From NCBI GenBank assembly GCA_036339465.1, contig JAYZAY010000078.1, positions 6,021 to 70,020 on the forward strand: 64,000 nt of DNA, read 5' to 3'. The stretch's first letter is position 1. Each line of letters opens with the position of its first letter. This DNA comes from Myxococcota bacterium (GTDB lineage Bacteria; Myxococcota; XYA12-FULL-58-9; JABJBS01). A model generated the notes under the pieces. It saw only the letters and a list, made by a program, of their open reading frames with translations. It was not told where the DNA came from and ran no database searches. Both the position numbers and the translations under genes were made by a program. Positions 1-9,276 of the stretch are shown piece after piece.

Positions 1-145
1 GAAATTTTATTTAGAGCGACCACTGGAATCAGTTTTTAGAGAGGCTTAGCCCCTAAGATCATCTCAAAAAATGGGTAAAAAAAGAAGAGACGCCAATAAC
101 CAAGTAAAACGAAATTTTCAGTCAGGACCAACGAAGGATTTGCCC

Positions 146-379
146 CTAAACCTTCTTGGCTGTGGAAGGTTTCTGGACCCCTGAAAGGGCATGGACACGT
201 TTGGAGGCCAATCTCTTCCCTGTCATCTTCAGTGACTTCTCACGACTTTTTCGTTTTGAGATTACGTCCCTGGCTGTGGTCGATCCACCGCCGGTAGCTG
301 CCTGATTATTGAGCTGATTTTGCGTGGGCTGCTGATTTAATTTAGGAATAAGAGCCCTTAAAGTAACTGGAAATCTAAT
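146..379 (-). CDS. Possible 77-aa basic, low-complexity small protein with a non-canonical ATT start (or start-lost pseudogene)
   Basis: AAGGAGG at 392-386, 6-nt spacer, ATT at 379-377, open to TAG at 148-146 (IRFPVTLRALIPKLNQQPTQNQ...KPSTAKKV). Not in the ORF track. Confidence 0.3.
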   Translation of the reverse strand: MRFPVTLRALIPKLNQQPTQNQLNNQAATGGGSTTARDVISKRKSREKSLKMTGKRLASKRVHALSGVQKPSTAKKV

Positions 380-797
380 AACGGTCCTCCTTTCAATGTC
401 AAATCAGATGGCTTCACCATCTACTTAGAATATCGTCCCTAGGGCCTCCATGTTGCTTCAAAAACAGGATTCATTTGCCCTATTCATTGAAGACATTTAC
501 ACCGTTATTTCAGTAACATAGAGCACACCACGCAAAAAAACGACTCTTTGGTCTCTTAATGAAGCTCCGGTCCTCAACCTCCGATACTCCCTTTAAGGCC
601 CTAGAGAAGCGCCGTAGATGAGAGTCGCCCGAAATACGCCTTTGTGGGTTAGGTTATTCAACCGATCCTCAAATCCCTCTAGAATCGGTCTTAAAAGGCG
701 CCTGCGAGTGTGCAATGCCCATCTCCTCAAAAAATTGTTCATAAAGCCCAATATCCACTTGATCCATGGAGCTTTTAACATCATCCTGTGGGAAAAG

Positions 798-1805
798 ATG
801 TTTCGTTTATTACACCACACCCTCTTTGCTTTCGTTCTCGTAACCTTTGTTTCTGGATGCATCAACGCCCCACCTTTGCCCCCCCAGTCCCAGACGACCG
901 AATCGTCTGGCAACGTTGATCTGCCCACAAACTCGGAAGAAGCGAGTGACAATCTAGCAACCCATTTTCCAAGCACCGAGGAAACAGAGGCAAACACCCA
1001 CGCCACAGAAACCACAGACACAAATACCGACATCACAGAAACCGAGGCTGCAACTTCAGAAACAAATAGCGAGACCACAACGCCGGATCCCACAGAAGAT
1101 GACCCAGCAGAGAGTGAGAACGAACAACCAACAGAACCCAAGAGCAGCGACACTTCAGCCGAACAATCCCCCCCTCCCACCGATTCCCCAGAAGAAGAAG
1201 AAGAAGAAGAACCCGTGGACACCCATCATCCAGAAGATGGTAGCGAGCAACCCACCCAACAAGCCACCTCCCCTGAAGACGAAGAAGCGGTGGAATCCGA
1301 AAGTGACCCAACCCCCACCCCACTTGTGAGCTTAGCCTTAATCGACCGAAACACCAGTTCAGATACCTACGAGCAAGATGTGCAAGCCACCGATTTCCGT
1401 TCCAAAATCAGTGCTTGGTACTTCTTTAACGCCGGCTGAAGTTACTGCCGTAGCCAGTTTGGTTACTTGAATAAAATGCAAGATGAATTCAACAATGAAG
1501 GATTGGATATTCGGATTCTCGCGGTGGACTTACCCAATATGGATATCAGCTCTGGAATGCAGACAATCCATCAAAAGGGAAGCCTGCCTGCACTACAAGA
1601 TACACCTGAAATTCATTTGGGGGGTGTTTGGAACACCACATTTCGGGATGTCGTCATCGTGGGAAAAAACGGGGAAAGACTTCAAATTGAAATCGATGGC
1701 ACGCTTAAGGACACACTGAATTTAACCCATCATTCCCTAGGACTAAACGAATATTACAATACCCTCAAAGATTTTCTATTGAATGCCCATGAACATGACG
1801 ATTAA
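798..1805 (+). CDS. Probable selenoprotein: lipoprotein with acidic Pro/Thr/Glu linker and C-terminal thioredoxin/redoxin-like domain, UxxC motif (335 aa, Sec214)
   Basis: ATG 798, signal peptide with lipobox VSGC. TGA at 1437-1439 reads SAWYFFNAG-U-SYC-RSQFGYLNKMQDE in frame into track ORF 1467-1805. Hairpin directly downstream. Redoxin-like motifs ILAVD, LPALQD, VWNTTFRDVVIVGKNG. Confidence 0.85.
1191..1211 (+). repeat. (GAA)7 trinucleotide run encoding poly-Glu in the linker
   Basis: gaa x7 read directly, in frame. Confidence 0.9.
1440..1468 (+). promoter_or_regulatory. Candidate bacterial SECIS element
   Basis: Stem GTAGCCA (1450-1456) / TGGTTAC (1460-1466) with one G-U pair. Apical loop GTT starts with G, 17 nt after the UGA. 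Confidence 0.65.
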
Positions 1806-1821
1806 CGAGTCACAACGGAGC

Positions 1822-2181
1822 TTATGATTCAAGTCGGTTGTATTTTTTTGCTGAACCATAACTCTTCCCAACTGGATATTTCTGTCCATTTTTTTCCATC
1901 TTCTTCTCGAGAGCTTCCCCCAGATCCACCTTCAACACATCGGCCAAGTGCAACAAAAAGGCAAAAACATCGGCCATCTCATCTTTGACTGCCTCCCGAT
2001 ATTCGGATTTTTCAAGTTGATGCTGAATCTCATCATCCCCCAACCACAAAAACAGCTCTTGGAGCTCACTGGCCTCAATATTGAGGGCAGTCGCCAAATT
2101 CCTTGGCGTATGAAATTGCTCCCAATTACGTTCATTTCTGAATTTCACCACGATGTTTCTCAAATCCTCTAGGGAATACAC
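1822..2181 (-). CDS. MazG-like nucleotide pyrophosphohydrolase
   Basis: FRNERNWEQFHTPRNLATALNIEASELQELF, DEMADV, KMEKNGQKYPV motifs. Confidence 0.9.
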   Translation of the reverse strand: MYSLEDLRNIVVKFRNERNWEQFHTPRNLATALNIEASELQELFLWLGDDEIQHQLEKSEYREAVKDEMADVFAFLLHLADVLKVDLGEALEKKMEKNGQKYPVGKSYGSAKKYNRLES

Positions 2182-2429
2182 GGTTTACTCCATTTGCTGG
2201 TTCGGGAACTTCTCTCGAATCAGCATACCTAGGGTTATAACCTGACCAACCGAAAAAAACTCGGTCGGTACACCAAACAACCTCTTCTTTCTCAACGTCT
2301 AGAAGCATCCCCCGGCCGTTGTTGGCCTGTGGATTTCCTTCAAACTCAAAAATAGGATTCATATCACAACAGGCCGCAAGCACCACTCCCAAACTCTCCA
2401 CGGATATCCCCTTGCCCCTGCCCTCCACT

Positions 2430-2807
2430 CTAATCATCAACCATCAACGATAAGATGTGTTCGACCATCAGCGCCTGAAAACTGCTGTGTCCGCCAATGG
2501 GCTCTAAAAGAGAAACAGAGAGCTGCGGGAACTGGTCCAAAAAATGGCGAACAATTCTTGGCACATCATCTCGAAGGTGCCTTCCCGCTGAGAAGAAAAG
2601 GGGCAAGATTGAGATGGAGCGCACCCCTTCTTGGTACAATCCCGCAACCACAGAAGACAAGTCAGGTTCGCAATGTTCAAGATATGCCAGGCGACAGCAC
2701 ATTTCGGAATTCAAAGCGCCGAGTCGCTCCATTAAGGCATCAAATGGTCGACGCCAATGTTCGTCTCTACTTCCATGGGCCAAAAGTATCATTGCGGACT
2801 CAGTCAT
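2430..2807 (-). CDS. CbiX/SirB-family sirohydrochlorin chelatase (single domain)
   Basis: LLAHGSRD, LAYLE..EP, PLFFSAGRHLRDDVP; AGGAGG RBS upstream. Confidence 0.88.
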   Translation of the reverse strand: MTESAMILLAHGSRDEHWRRPFDALMERLGALNSEMCCRLAYLEHCEPDLSSVVAGLYQEGVRSISILPLFFSAGRHLRDDVPRIVRHFLDQFPQLSVSLLEPIGGHSSFQALMVEHILSLMVDD

Positions 2808-3246
2808 GTCGATATGCCTCCTTGATCAACACTTAGCCCCTCAGCATGAGGCCCTGCCTGCGCCCATCTTTTCGAAGTATTGAGCGACAACAGTGGAGAG
2901 ATGGTCTGGGATATGGCTCGTAGCAATTTGAGCCCGAAGGGTAAACCCATGGTCGTTCATTTGTTTGAAACATGGATTACTGGAAACTCGTTCACATTCT
3001 TGAACGCTGTATCGATTTAATCAAATTGAAGAAGCAATGTCCTTACGAATGATTCATTATGCAACGGACAAATCCGAAGCAACATAATGTCGTTGCCCGT
3101 CAGAAGACTCACCAATAGCGCCTTAATCCTCGCACCTACTAAAACCTTACATTACAGCAGTTCGGACTGATTTAATTCTCTTCTAAAAGTTCAGGTGAAT
3201 GGCCAAAGCCAAAGCCCAAGACACAACACCCAAACCAGCAAGGCTC

Positions 3247-3870
3247 TCATTTTGTCACCAAGTCATCTGGGCAGAGATACGTTCCCTCCTCCACGAACGC
3301 ACCTGGCTCAATTTCCACCCCAGGCGCCATCACCGTTGCGCCCCCGACAAACGCACCTTCACCAATCTTTATTTTTTTAATTACCAGTTTGAGAATATCT
3401 TCTCTGCTGGGGGAAATAAGGTGACAGGATGCTTTAACGCCATGTTCAAAAACCGCATTGTTGCCAACGTCCATAAAAGCACGGTCTTCCAATTCAAAAT
3501 GTGGTGTCCAAGAAACGTCTCGGCCAATGGAGCTTCCCCAGAGACGAAGCCACACACTAAACAAGCCTGGAACCAAACGTATGACCCTTTCTAACGCGGG
3601 AAAATAGACAAAGAGGCTTTGAATCATATGCCCCCCATACCAGGGAGAATACTCACCAATGATACTGCTGGTTCCCTCTTCTATGGGGAAAAATCTATTG
3701 TGAATTTTGTACGCAATAACCGGAAACGCGTAGATCCAAAAGAGAAGCCACAAGAGTGAACCAAGCCCGGGCAAACGACACAACGTCAGCGCCGAATCAA
3801 ACACCAAAAGAAAATGTAACAACGGAAAAAATGTAATTAATTTGCCTGCTATCGTCATTCTAATGGCCAC
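3247..3870 (-). CDS. Membrane-associated hexapeptide-repeat (left-handed beta-helix) acyltransferase
   Basis: N-terminal TM segments; WLRLWGSSIGRDV; IKIGEGAFVGGATVMAPGVEIEPGAFV repeats. Confidence 0.8.
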   Translation of the reverse strand: MAIRMTIAGKLITFFPLLHFLLVFDSALTLCRLPGLGSLLWLLFWIYAFPVIAYKIHNRFFPIEEGTSSIIGEYSPWYGGHMIQSLFVYFPALERVIRLVPGLFSVWLRLWGSSIGRDVSWTPHFELEDRAFMDVGNNAVFEHGVKASCHLISPSREDILKLVIKKIKIGEGAFVGGATVMAPGVEIEPGAFVEEGTYLCPDDLVTK

Positions 3871-3899
3871 ACCAATTCATGAACTAAACTTAGTTCGGT

Positions 3900-4200
3900 T
3901 TAAACCCCGAGCTCCTGAGAAGCCTGGTCTTTATCATACCACGTACCATGACTCTTATCCCATAGATTAGAATTTGCACCAAAACTCACGTCGTAAACAT
4001 CCTGCGAATGATGCCTGCAATGGCCATTGGGAAGTATCAGAAAGTATCCCAACACTTTCTTCAGCCATCGGCTTCTAAACCCGAATGCCTCCACAAATCC
4101 AATACCGATGAAAAAATCAGACCAATAAGCTATGGAAGTAGAATCTCGTGCCCGGAGGGATTCAGAAAATCACTGATAAATCCGATATTTGTATCTTCGT
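3900..4200 (-). pseudogene. Sterol desaturase / fatty-acid hydroxylase family remnant (C-terminal part, frameshifted)
   Basis: LDLWRHS at 4102-4082 in one frame, then LILPNGHCRHHSQD..SFGANSNLWDKSHGTW in another frame (degenerate HxxHH box and NFG..WD..HGT). N-terminal His boxes missing; 5' boundary approximate. Confidence 0.65.
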
Positions 4201-4313
4201 TTTTGTAGCGCGTTTTAAATAAACCATTTCCCCTCTCGATTTCAGCATCAATTTTTAGACTTTAACTCTCTACTTTCGGCAACCACAGCCCAAAAATCTT
4301 TGACATCCATCAC

Positions 4314-4604
4314 TCACTCTATGGGTTTCAATGAAATATCATTGCTCAAAAAAATCTGACAAGCCAATCTCGCCTTAGGATTTCCCGGTGCATGGGCCTC
4401 TAGGGTTTCCTGCTCATCTTCATCGGGCGGGGCCAGCCCTCCTACCACCTCACAAATACAGGTTCCACAAATCCCGGAACGACAACCAAACAGAACCGGT
4501 GAATTGAACTCCGTTAATTCTTCCGAAAGGGACTGTCCCTCACTGGCGTAAAAAGAATCATACCCTGAGTCTGGAAAGGAAACTTTATATCTTTTACCCA
4601 TCAA
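4314..4604 (-). CDS. 2Fe-2S ferredoxin
   Basis: FGCRSGICGTC...RLACQ. Confidence 0.93.
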   Translation of the reverse strand: MMGKRYKVSFPDSGYDSFYASEGQSLSEELTEFNSPVLFGCRSGICGTCICEVVGGLAPPDEDEQETLEAHAPGNPKARLACQIFLSNDISLKPIE

Positions 4605-5620
4605 TTACACTCCAGAAAAACGACGTAATGTGCCCCGATTCTGCTTCAAATTGCCCTCAAAAGTCGTCTCGGGCATCATGTGAAGGGTCTTATCCTTCGA
4701 TAAAACGCGGCTAAGCGGTTCCAGGGATTTCTCGTTAGAATCTGCCGCAACGGTTAAGGTATCAAAGGTACTTCGATTGGCTGCATTTTCTTCAGGAAAA
4801 TACTTGTTCATCATTTGTGAGGCTTCATCATGCTCCATATTGAAGAGTTTGCTGCGAATTACCTTGTACACCGCCTTAAATGTTGCGGGCTCATACCAAA
4901 ATACGCCATTCACGGCACCGAAGAAATTGCACTGTTCTTTTTGGCAGGCATCGTTTCCCAAATTGCCTACCATTTTGTTAATCACTGTGGATTCAGGCAA
5001 ACAATGAATCAAATAGTGACCCGAAACATATGAGCTATTGAAGTAATATAATTGTTCCATAAAGTGACCGTAGCTTATTAGAGAAAGAACAGGCAATGAA
5101 TATTAGACTTCACTTTTGTGATAAAAATGGTTCAATTGTTGCTGAACCATTCTCTGAACCATTCTCCCATTCGGGATTCGCAGGCCCCGCACTGTAAAAT
5201 ATACTCGAGAACGAGCATATAGAAAATATAGAAAAAGCCTTCGAAAGCGGAGAAGCTCTTCGCTGCATCATCGAGCAATGAGGTGTGGTGCTATTATATT
5301 TTTCGTCGATGACCGCTCGCCATCTTCTTGGATATCTTGATAACCTCTCACAAGTGGGTCCGAGGAAGAGAAAGAGAGTAAGTTATAAAAGATTGTCCGG
5401 CCCATAGAGACACCTGTAGACCTTCTCCTCCAAGTCACTCAGAATATATTTTTATCCAGCCAGTCCCATCAGGTCTTTGAGGATGTTTAGTTTATTGGGT
5501 GGCTCATCATGCCCATTGAGATCATGGTAAGTTTTGATCTTTTGATTGCGGTCAATCCCTCCTGTTGATCTCATTTCGACTTACCTTGGGGACAAGTCGG
5601 TTCGATATCGAGAAATTTTT
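4605..5620 (-). pseudogene. CylC/AurF-like dimetal-carboxylate enzyme remnant
   Basis: FTVRGLRIPNGRMVQ(RMVQ)QQLNHFYHKSEV*YSLPVLSLISYGHFMEQLYYFNSS...CQKEQCNFFGAVNGVFWYEP resembles the family C-half as I recall it. In-frame TAA at 5105-5103; metal motif eroded; 5' part unrecognisable, so boundary approximate. Confidence 0.55.
5142..5165 (+). repeat. 12-bp tandem duplication CTGAACCATTCT x2
   Basis: Read directly; duplicates RMVQ on the minus strand. Confidence 0.9.
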
Positions 5621-5958
5621 CATGGGGTCAGTCCTATATTTGCGGCTATTGGAGTCCATTTTTCGAGTTCGACAAAACACTCATTTTTGCAGCGAACGCC
5701 ATGCCACATTGTTCGATGAAAAGGGCTTCTTCGATTTAAGACCCGCCACAACTTGAGACTATCGCAGTTTGGTATTCCTCCGAGGGCTCGTTAAAAACGC
5801 CTTGCCGCTTCAAATCAAAATAATCGGAGGTCTTCAGGTTCCAAACCGCGGGTCCGCATCAGCCACGCATTTCTTTAGGGCCACCTTAGAATCACATTCG
5901 ATCGGTGGTCTTTTTTCGAACCTAGCCATCGGTAAGTTTGGGTCAATCTTTAGAGTCT

Positions 5959-6798
5959 TCATGATGTCTGACCCCCAATGATTTTCCTAAAGAATTTACC
6001 GAGGATCCACATTCTCGGATTTTCAGGAACCCATTTAATCAGCCATCCCGAAACCACCGAATCCGCACCAACTCTATGTCTAATGGCAAAAGGTCGGTCT
6101 TCTGCCAATTTCAGTACTAAATTGGTCACTTCCTGCGGCGGTCGCCCCTTGCCCGCACTCAATCTATTGCGGAGTGCCTGATAGCCACTGAGCTGTGTTA
6201 GATACTCGGGCGCTTGACGAGCACCCCATTGAATATTGTTACCAAAGTCCGTTCGATAACCACCTGGTTCTACAGCATAAACTTTAACTCCGTGGGGACT
6301 AAGCTCGTGGTAAAGTGCCTCGGAAAACGACGTTAGCGCTGCCTTACTTGCACAATAAGCCGACGACAGAGGAAAACCCACAAATGACATCACCGATGAA
6401 ATGTTAATAACAGCTCCCTTGCCCCTGCGAAGGGCAGGCAAAAGCCGGCGAGTTAACATCATGGGTGCGGTAATATTCGTTAAGATCTGCTTATTTACTT
6501 GTTCGTCACTCAAAGTTTCTAAGGGGCCAAAAAGTGCATACCCCGCATTATTGATCAAAATGTCGAGGGATCCGGCCGCGAATATCTGAGCAACTCTATC
6601 CTGTGCAGCCGGTTCACAAACATCCAATTCCAAAAGTTTCAATTGGGTTGGATACAATTTTGCCGCATCCTCGAAGAGGTTTTTCCTCTCCTCTAGACGC
6701 CTCATGGTGGCATAAACCAACCACCCTTTCGCGAGAAATTCATCCACCAAAACTCGCCCAATACCTGTGGCGCTTCCGGTGATTAAGATGGAGTTCAT
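5959..6798 (-). CDS. Short-chain dehydrogenase/reductase (17-beta-HSD-like classical SDR)
   Basis: ITGSATGIG, INNAG, YCASK, VEPG. Confidence 0.93.
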   Translation of the reverse strand: MNSILITGSATGIGRVLVDEFLAKGWLVYATMRRLEERKNLFEDAAKLYPTQLKLLELDVCEPAAQDRVAQIFAAGSLDILINNAGYALFGPLETLSDEQVNKQILTNITAPMMLTRRLLPALRRGKGAVINISSVMSFVGFPLSSAYCASKAALTSFSEALYHELSPHGVKVYAVEPGGYRTDFGNNIQWGARQAPEYLTQLSGYQALRNRLSAGKGRPPQEVTNLVLKLAEDRPFAIRHRVGADSVVSGWLIKWVPENPRMWILGKFFRKIIGGQTS

Positions 6799-7183
6799 GC
6801 TTTTGCCCTATTCGCATCCATTGGCAAGATAGTATGGCCGCTTCTAACGCTAATTCGAGATGGCCGCAAATCCAAGGACTTTCGTAACGATTTCGTCCAC
6901 GACTTAAGAGCGAAGTAGACAGGTATGCACCACGTCATCGGAGCCTGGCATACAAGTTGCGCTCCATCTCCCCATGAAGGGTTTTGGCTTGTGGGATATC
7001 GAATTCTAGGGTTCTCTTGGGTCAAACTCTTATTCGCATCCGCAATCCCGGGCTTTATTCGTCCCACACTTTTCTTAAACATGGCTAGCACTCTTACGGT
7101 AACCCTCAAGAAAACCCTAGATGCTCAGTTGAGCCCTTACTCTTCCTTTTTTAATTGTTTGGCCCCAATTCCCATCTAGGCCT

Positions 7184-7741
7184 CTAGATTGACGGGCCAT
7201 TTATCTCAAAGAGACACAAATATCCCAAAGAGACTGAGGCATTAGGGACCATCGCAGTAGGTCGACCTAGGAAGTTAGGATTGCGCTCCATCGCTAAAGG
7301 GGCAGAAAACCCGAAGATATCACCCTTGATCATTTTGACCGCAGGCGGAATCACGTTTTTTTCTGTTCTTGCCCCGTCAACGCCTGAAAATGTTTTTGCT
7401 CTAGTCGAGCAACTCAATCGCCAAAAAAAATTGATGCCCCAAAAAAGCATCCCCCCCCAGGTCGCCATGGCCTTTCCGTGAATTTCCGGGAGGTTTCCGG
7501 AAAGGTTCAAAGACGAGCTCAAGTCGGAGGCTTAGAAACCGTCGAGCAATACGGCAAACACGCCTATCAATAGACCAGTGTCATCCGGTCTTTTATTACC
7601 ACCAACCAGAGACAAAGGAACTTTTCCCCATACTCTGGCTCCTCCTTTTTCATACCCATGACCCATTCTATACGCCCAAGCCCCAAGGCTCCTTATTACC
7701 AAAGTCACCGTGACGGATATGAGACCGAACCATTTAAGCAT
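7184..7741 (-). pseudogene. Interrupted ORF, possibly an alkaline-phosphatase-superfamily remnant with N-terminal anchor
   Basis: Track ORFs 7532-7741 and 7184-7522 share a frame, split by one TAA. VLLDGF*ASDL...GNLPEI loosely resembles the LIDG.R.D...G.LP.I start of the family. Confidence 0.3.
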
Positions 7742-7927
7742 CTGTATTAATTATATTTTCTTATTTCTGTCCTCGGCTAGATACGAATGCTATGATCGGC
7801 TTTTGTAAAAGAGATAAAAAATAACCCCACAATTGAAAGAAATCCCGTATGTTGGGGATTGCAACTTTGACGTTCCGCAGCAATACGAACCAGGAATATT
7901 GCGGAATGGTGGGAGGTAGGTATCAAA

Positions 7928-8374
7928 ATGCAAGTTCGAGACTTAATGACAGTTGAATTGGTAACCATCGGCGAACATGAATCCCTCAATCTGGCCGACG
8001 AAATGATGAAGCTGGCCCGCGTTCGACAATTGCCAGTCATTGAAGACCAGCAACTGGTGGGCCTCCTAACCCAAAAGGACTTAATGAGAGCCCAAGTTAG
8101 CTCCATCGCCGACCTTGAAGAGGATGAATCCAAGGAAATCAACCAAACCATTCCTGTAGGGGCAGCCATGAGTACAGATGTCATGACCATCGGTCCTGAT
8201 GAACCCGCCCTTGAAGCGGCCGAACGCCTCAAAGCGCATAAAGTGGGCTGCCTGCCCGTGGTCGACAATGAAAATCTAGTGGGCATGATTACCGAAACCG
8301 ATTTCCTGCAATTGGTCATCAAGGCACTCCGACAGAACACCAAGGCAGAAACGACCAAGGCCGTGCACTCGTAG
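7928..8374 (+). CDS. CBS-domain pair protein
   Basis: VRDLMT, RQLPVIE..LVGLLT.KD, GCLPVVD..LVGMITETD; GGAGG RBS. Confidence 0.93.
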   Translation: MQVRDLMTVELVTIGEHESLNLADEMMKLARVRQLPVIEDQQLVGLLTQKDLMRAQVSSIADLEEDESKEINQTIPVGAAMSTDVMTIGPDEPALEAAERLKAHKVGCLPVVDNENLVGMITETDFLQLVIKALRQNTKAETTKAVHS

Positions 8375-8740
8375 GCCGCGAGAAAACGACGGACAATCTG
8401 AATCCCATTGAAAGACTTGCCAAGAAAAGGCACGGGCGTTCCCACCAGTGCCAGAGCGTTGAACCCAGAACTGCCCATTAGAAACGTTGCCCCCCATGAG
8501 CCGCCTAGGATTTCGCGCGACCTGCTGAAAAAGAATCCCAAAGCCTGGGAGACTCAAAAATACACACAAAAATCCGACAATTATCCCAGTTTTTCACCCG
8601 TCCGCCCTTTTCCTCACAAATCTAGACCGAAAGAGAAATCCAGTTGCGGGCCACAACGCCGCCTCAGCTGCGATTTTCGAAGTCTTTTTTCTCCAAGCTC
8701 TTCAATCAATCTCCGGATTGATGCTAGAGTTTAGGCAGTC

Positions 8741-9199
8741 ATGAGTCAAAACCTAGAAGAAAATATAATACAAACCGTTCGCGATGCCTTCACAACAGTG
8801 TTGGAAATGGACGTCCATCTAAACCCTGCCGCCATGGTCGTCGCCAGAGGGCAACCGTACATCTGCTCAACAATCCAAATTACAGGTGCATGGCAAGGAG
8901 TCGTGTCCCTAAGTGCCCCGCTGGAACTCGGAGCAAACATTGCCTCAATCATGTTTGAAGAAGAGATTGATATCTCGGACACCGAGAATCTTGAAGACGC
9001 CATGGGGGAAATCTCAAACATTATATCTGGCAGCTTTAAATCAAGTCTCGTAGGAACTTGCCACCTCGGGTTGCCCGTCATTACCTGCGGCGTCGACTAT
9101 CGCGTTAGCTTCCCAGGCAGTCACGTAGAGTGTTCTGTGGGTTTCGAAGTCGAAGATGATTGCTTTCACGTGACCTTGATCCAATCCAATCGTTCTTAG
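8741..9199 (+). CDS. cheX: Chemotaxis phosphatase CheX family protein
   Basis: ITGAWQG, DAMGEISNIISG (ExxN), LGLPVI. Confidence 0.88.
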   Translation: MSQNLEENIIQTVRDAFTTVLEMDVHLNPAAMVVARGQPYICSTIQITGAWQGVVSLSAPLELGANIASIMFEEEIDISDTENLEDAMGEISNIISGSFKSSLVGTCHLGLPVITCGVDYRVSFPGSHVECSVGFEVEDDCFHVTLIQSNRS

Positions 9200-9235
9200 C
9201 TCCATTGGCTTGTCAAGGGCACGTGAAAGCAATCA
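9157..9235. repeat. Long inverted repeat enclosing the cheX stop codon
   Basis: TGATTGCTTTCACGTGACCTTGA (9157-9179) vs TCAAGGGCACGTGAAAGCAATCA (9213-9235): 22/23 complementary. Inner extension 9182-9190 / 9204-9212. Confidence 0.9.
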
Positions 9236-9276
9236 CGTTCTAAGGAACCAATACCGAGTCATCGGTAACCAATGCG

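Noticed and set aside
618-797. Extended N-terminus of the track ORF 618-1439
   Set aside because: The lipoprotein signal peptide begins at ATG 798; the upstream part has no protein-like features.
593-1222. 209-aa Ser/Val-rich minus-strand ORF
   Set aside because: Antisense shadow of the low-complexity linker of the lipoprotein gene.
1437-1439. Genome-wide TGA reassignment (Trp/Gly) as the explanation for read-through
   Set aside because: Many intact genes here end in TGA at the expected family C-terminus (e.g. bioD, bioF, pepP) and Trp is encoded by TGG.
2808-2960. Minus-strand ...SC-TGA-GAKC-TGA in frame with cbiX, a possible second selenoprotein
   Set aside because: cbiX has its own AGGAGG and ATG; the upstream peptide has no recognisable fold and I saw no clear SECIS-like hairpin.
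7777-8541. 254-aa minus-strand ORF
   Set aside because: Antisense to the clear CBS-domain gene.
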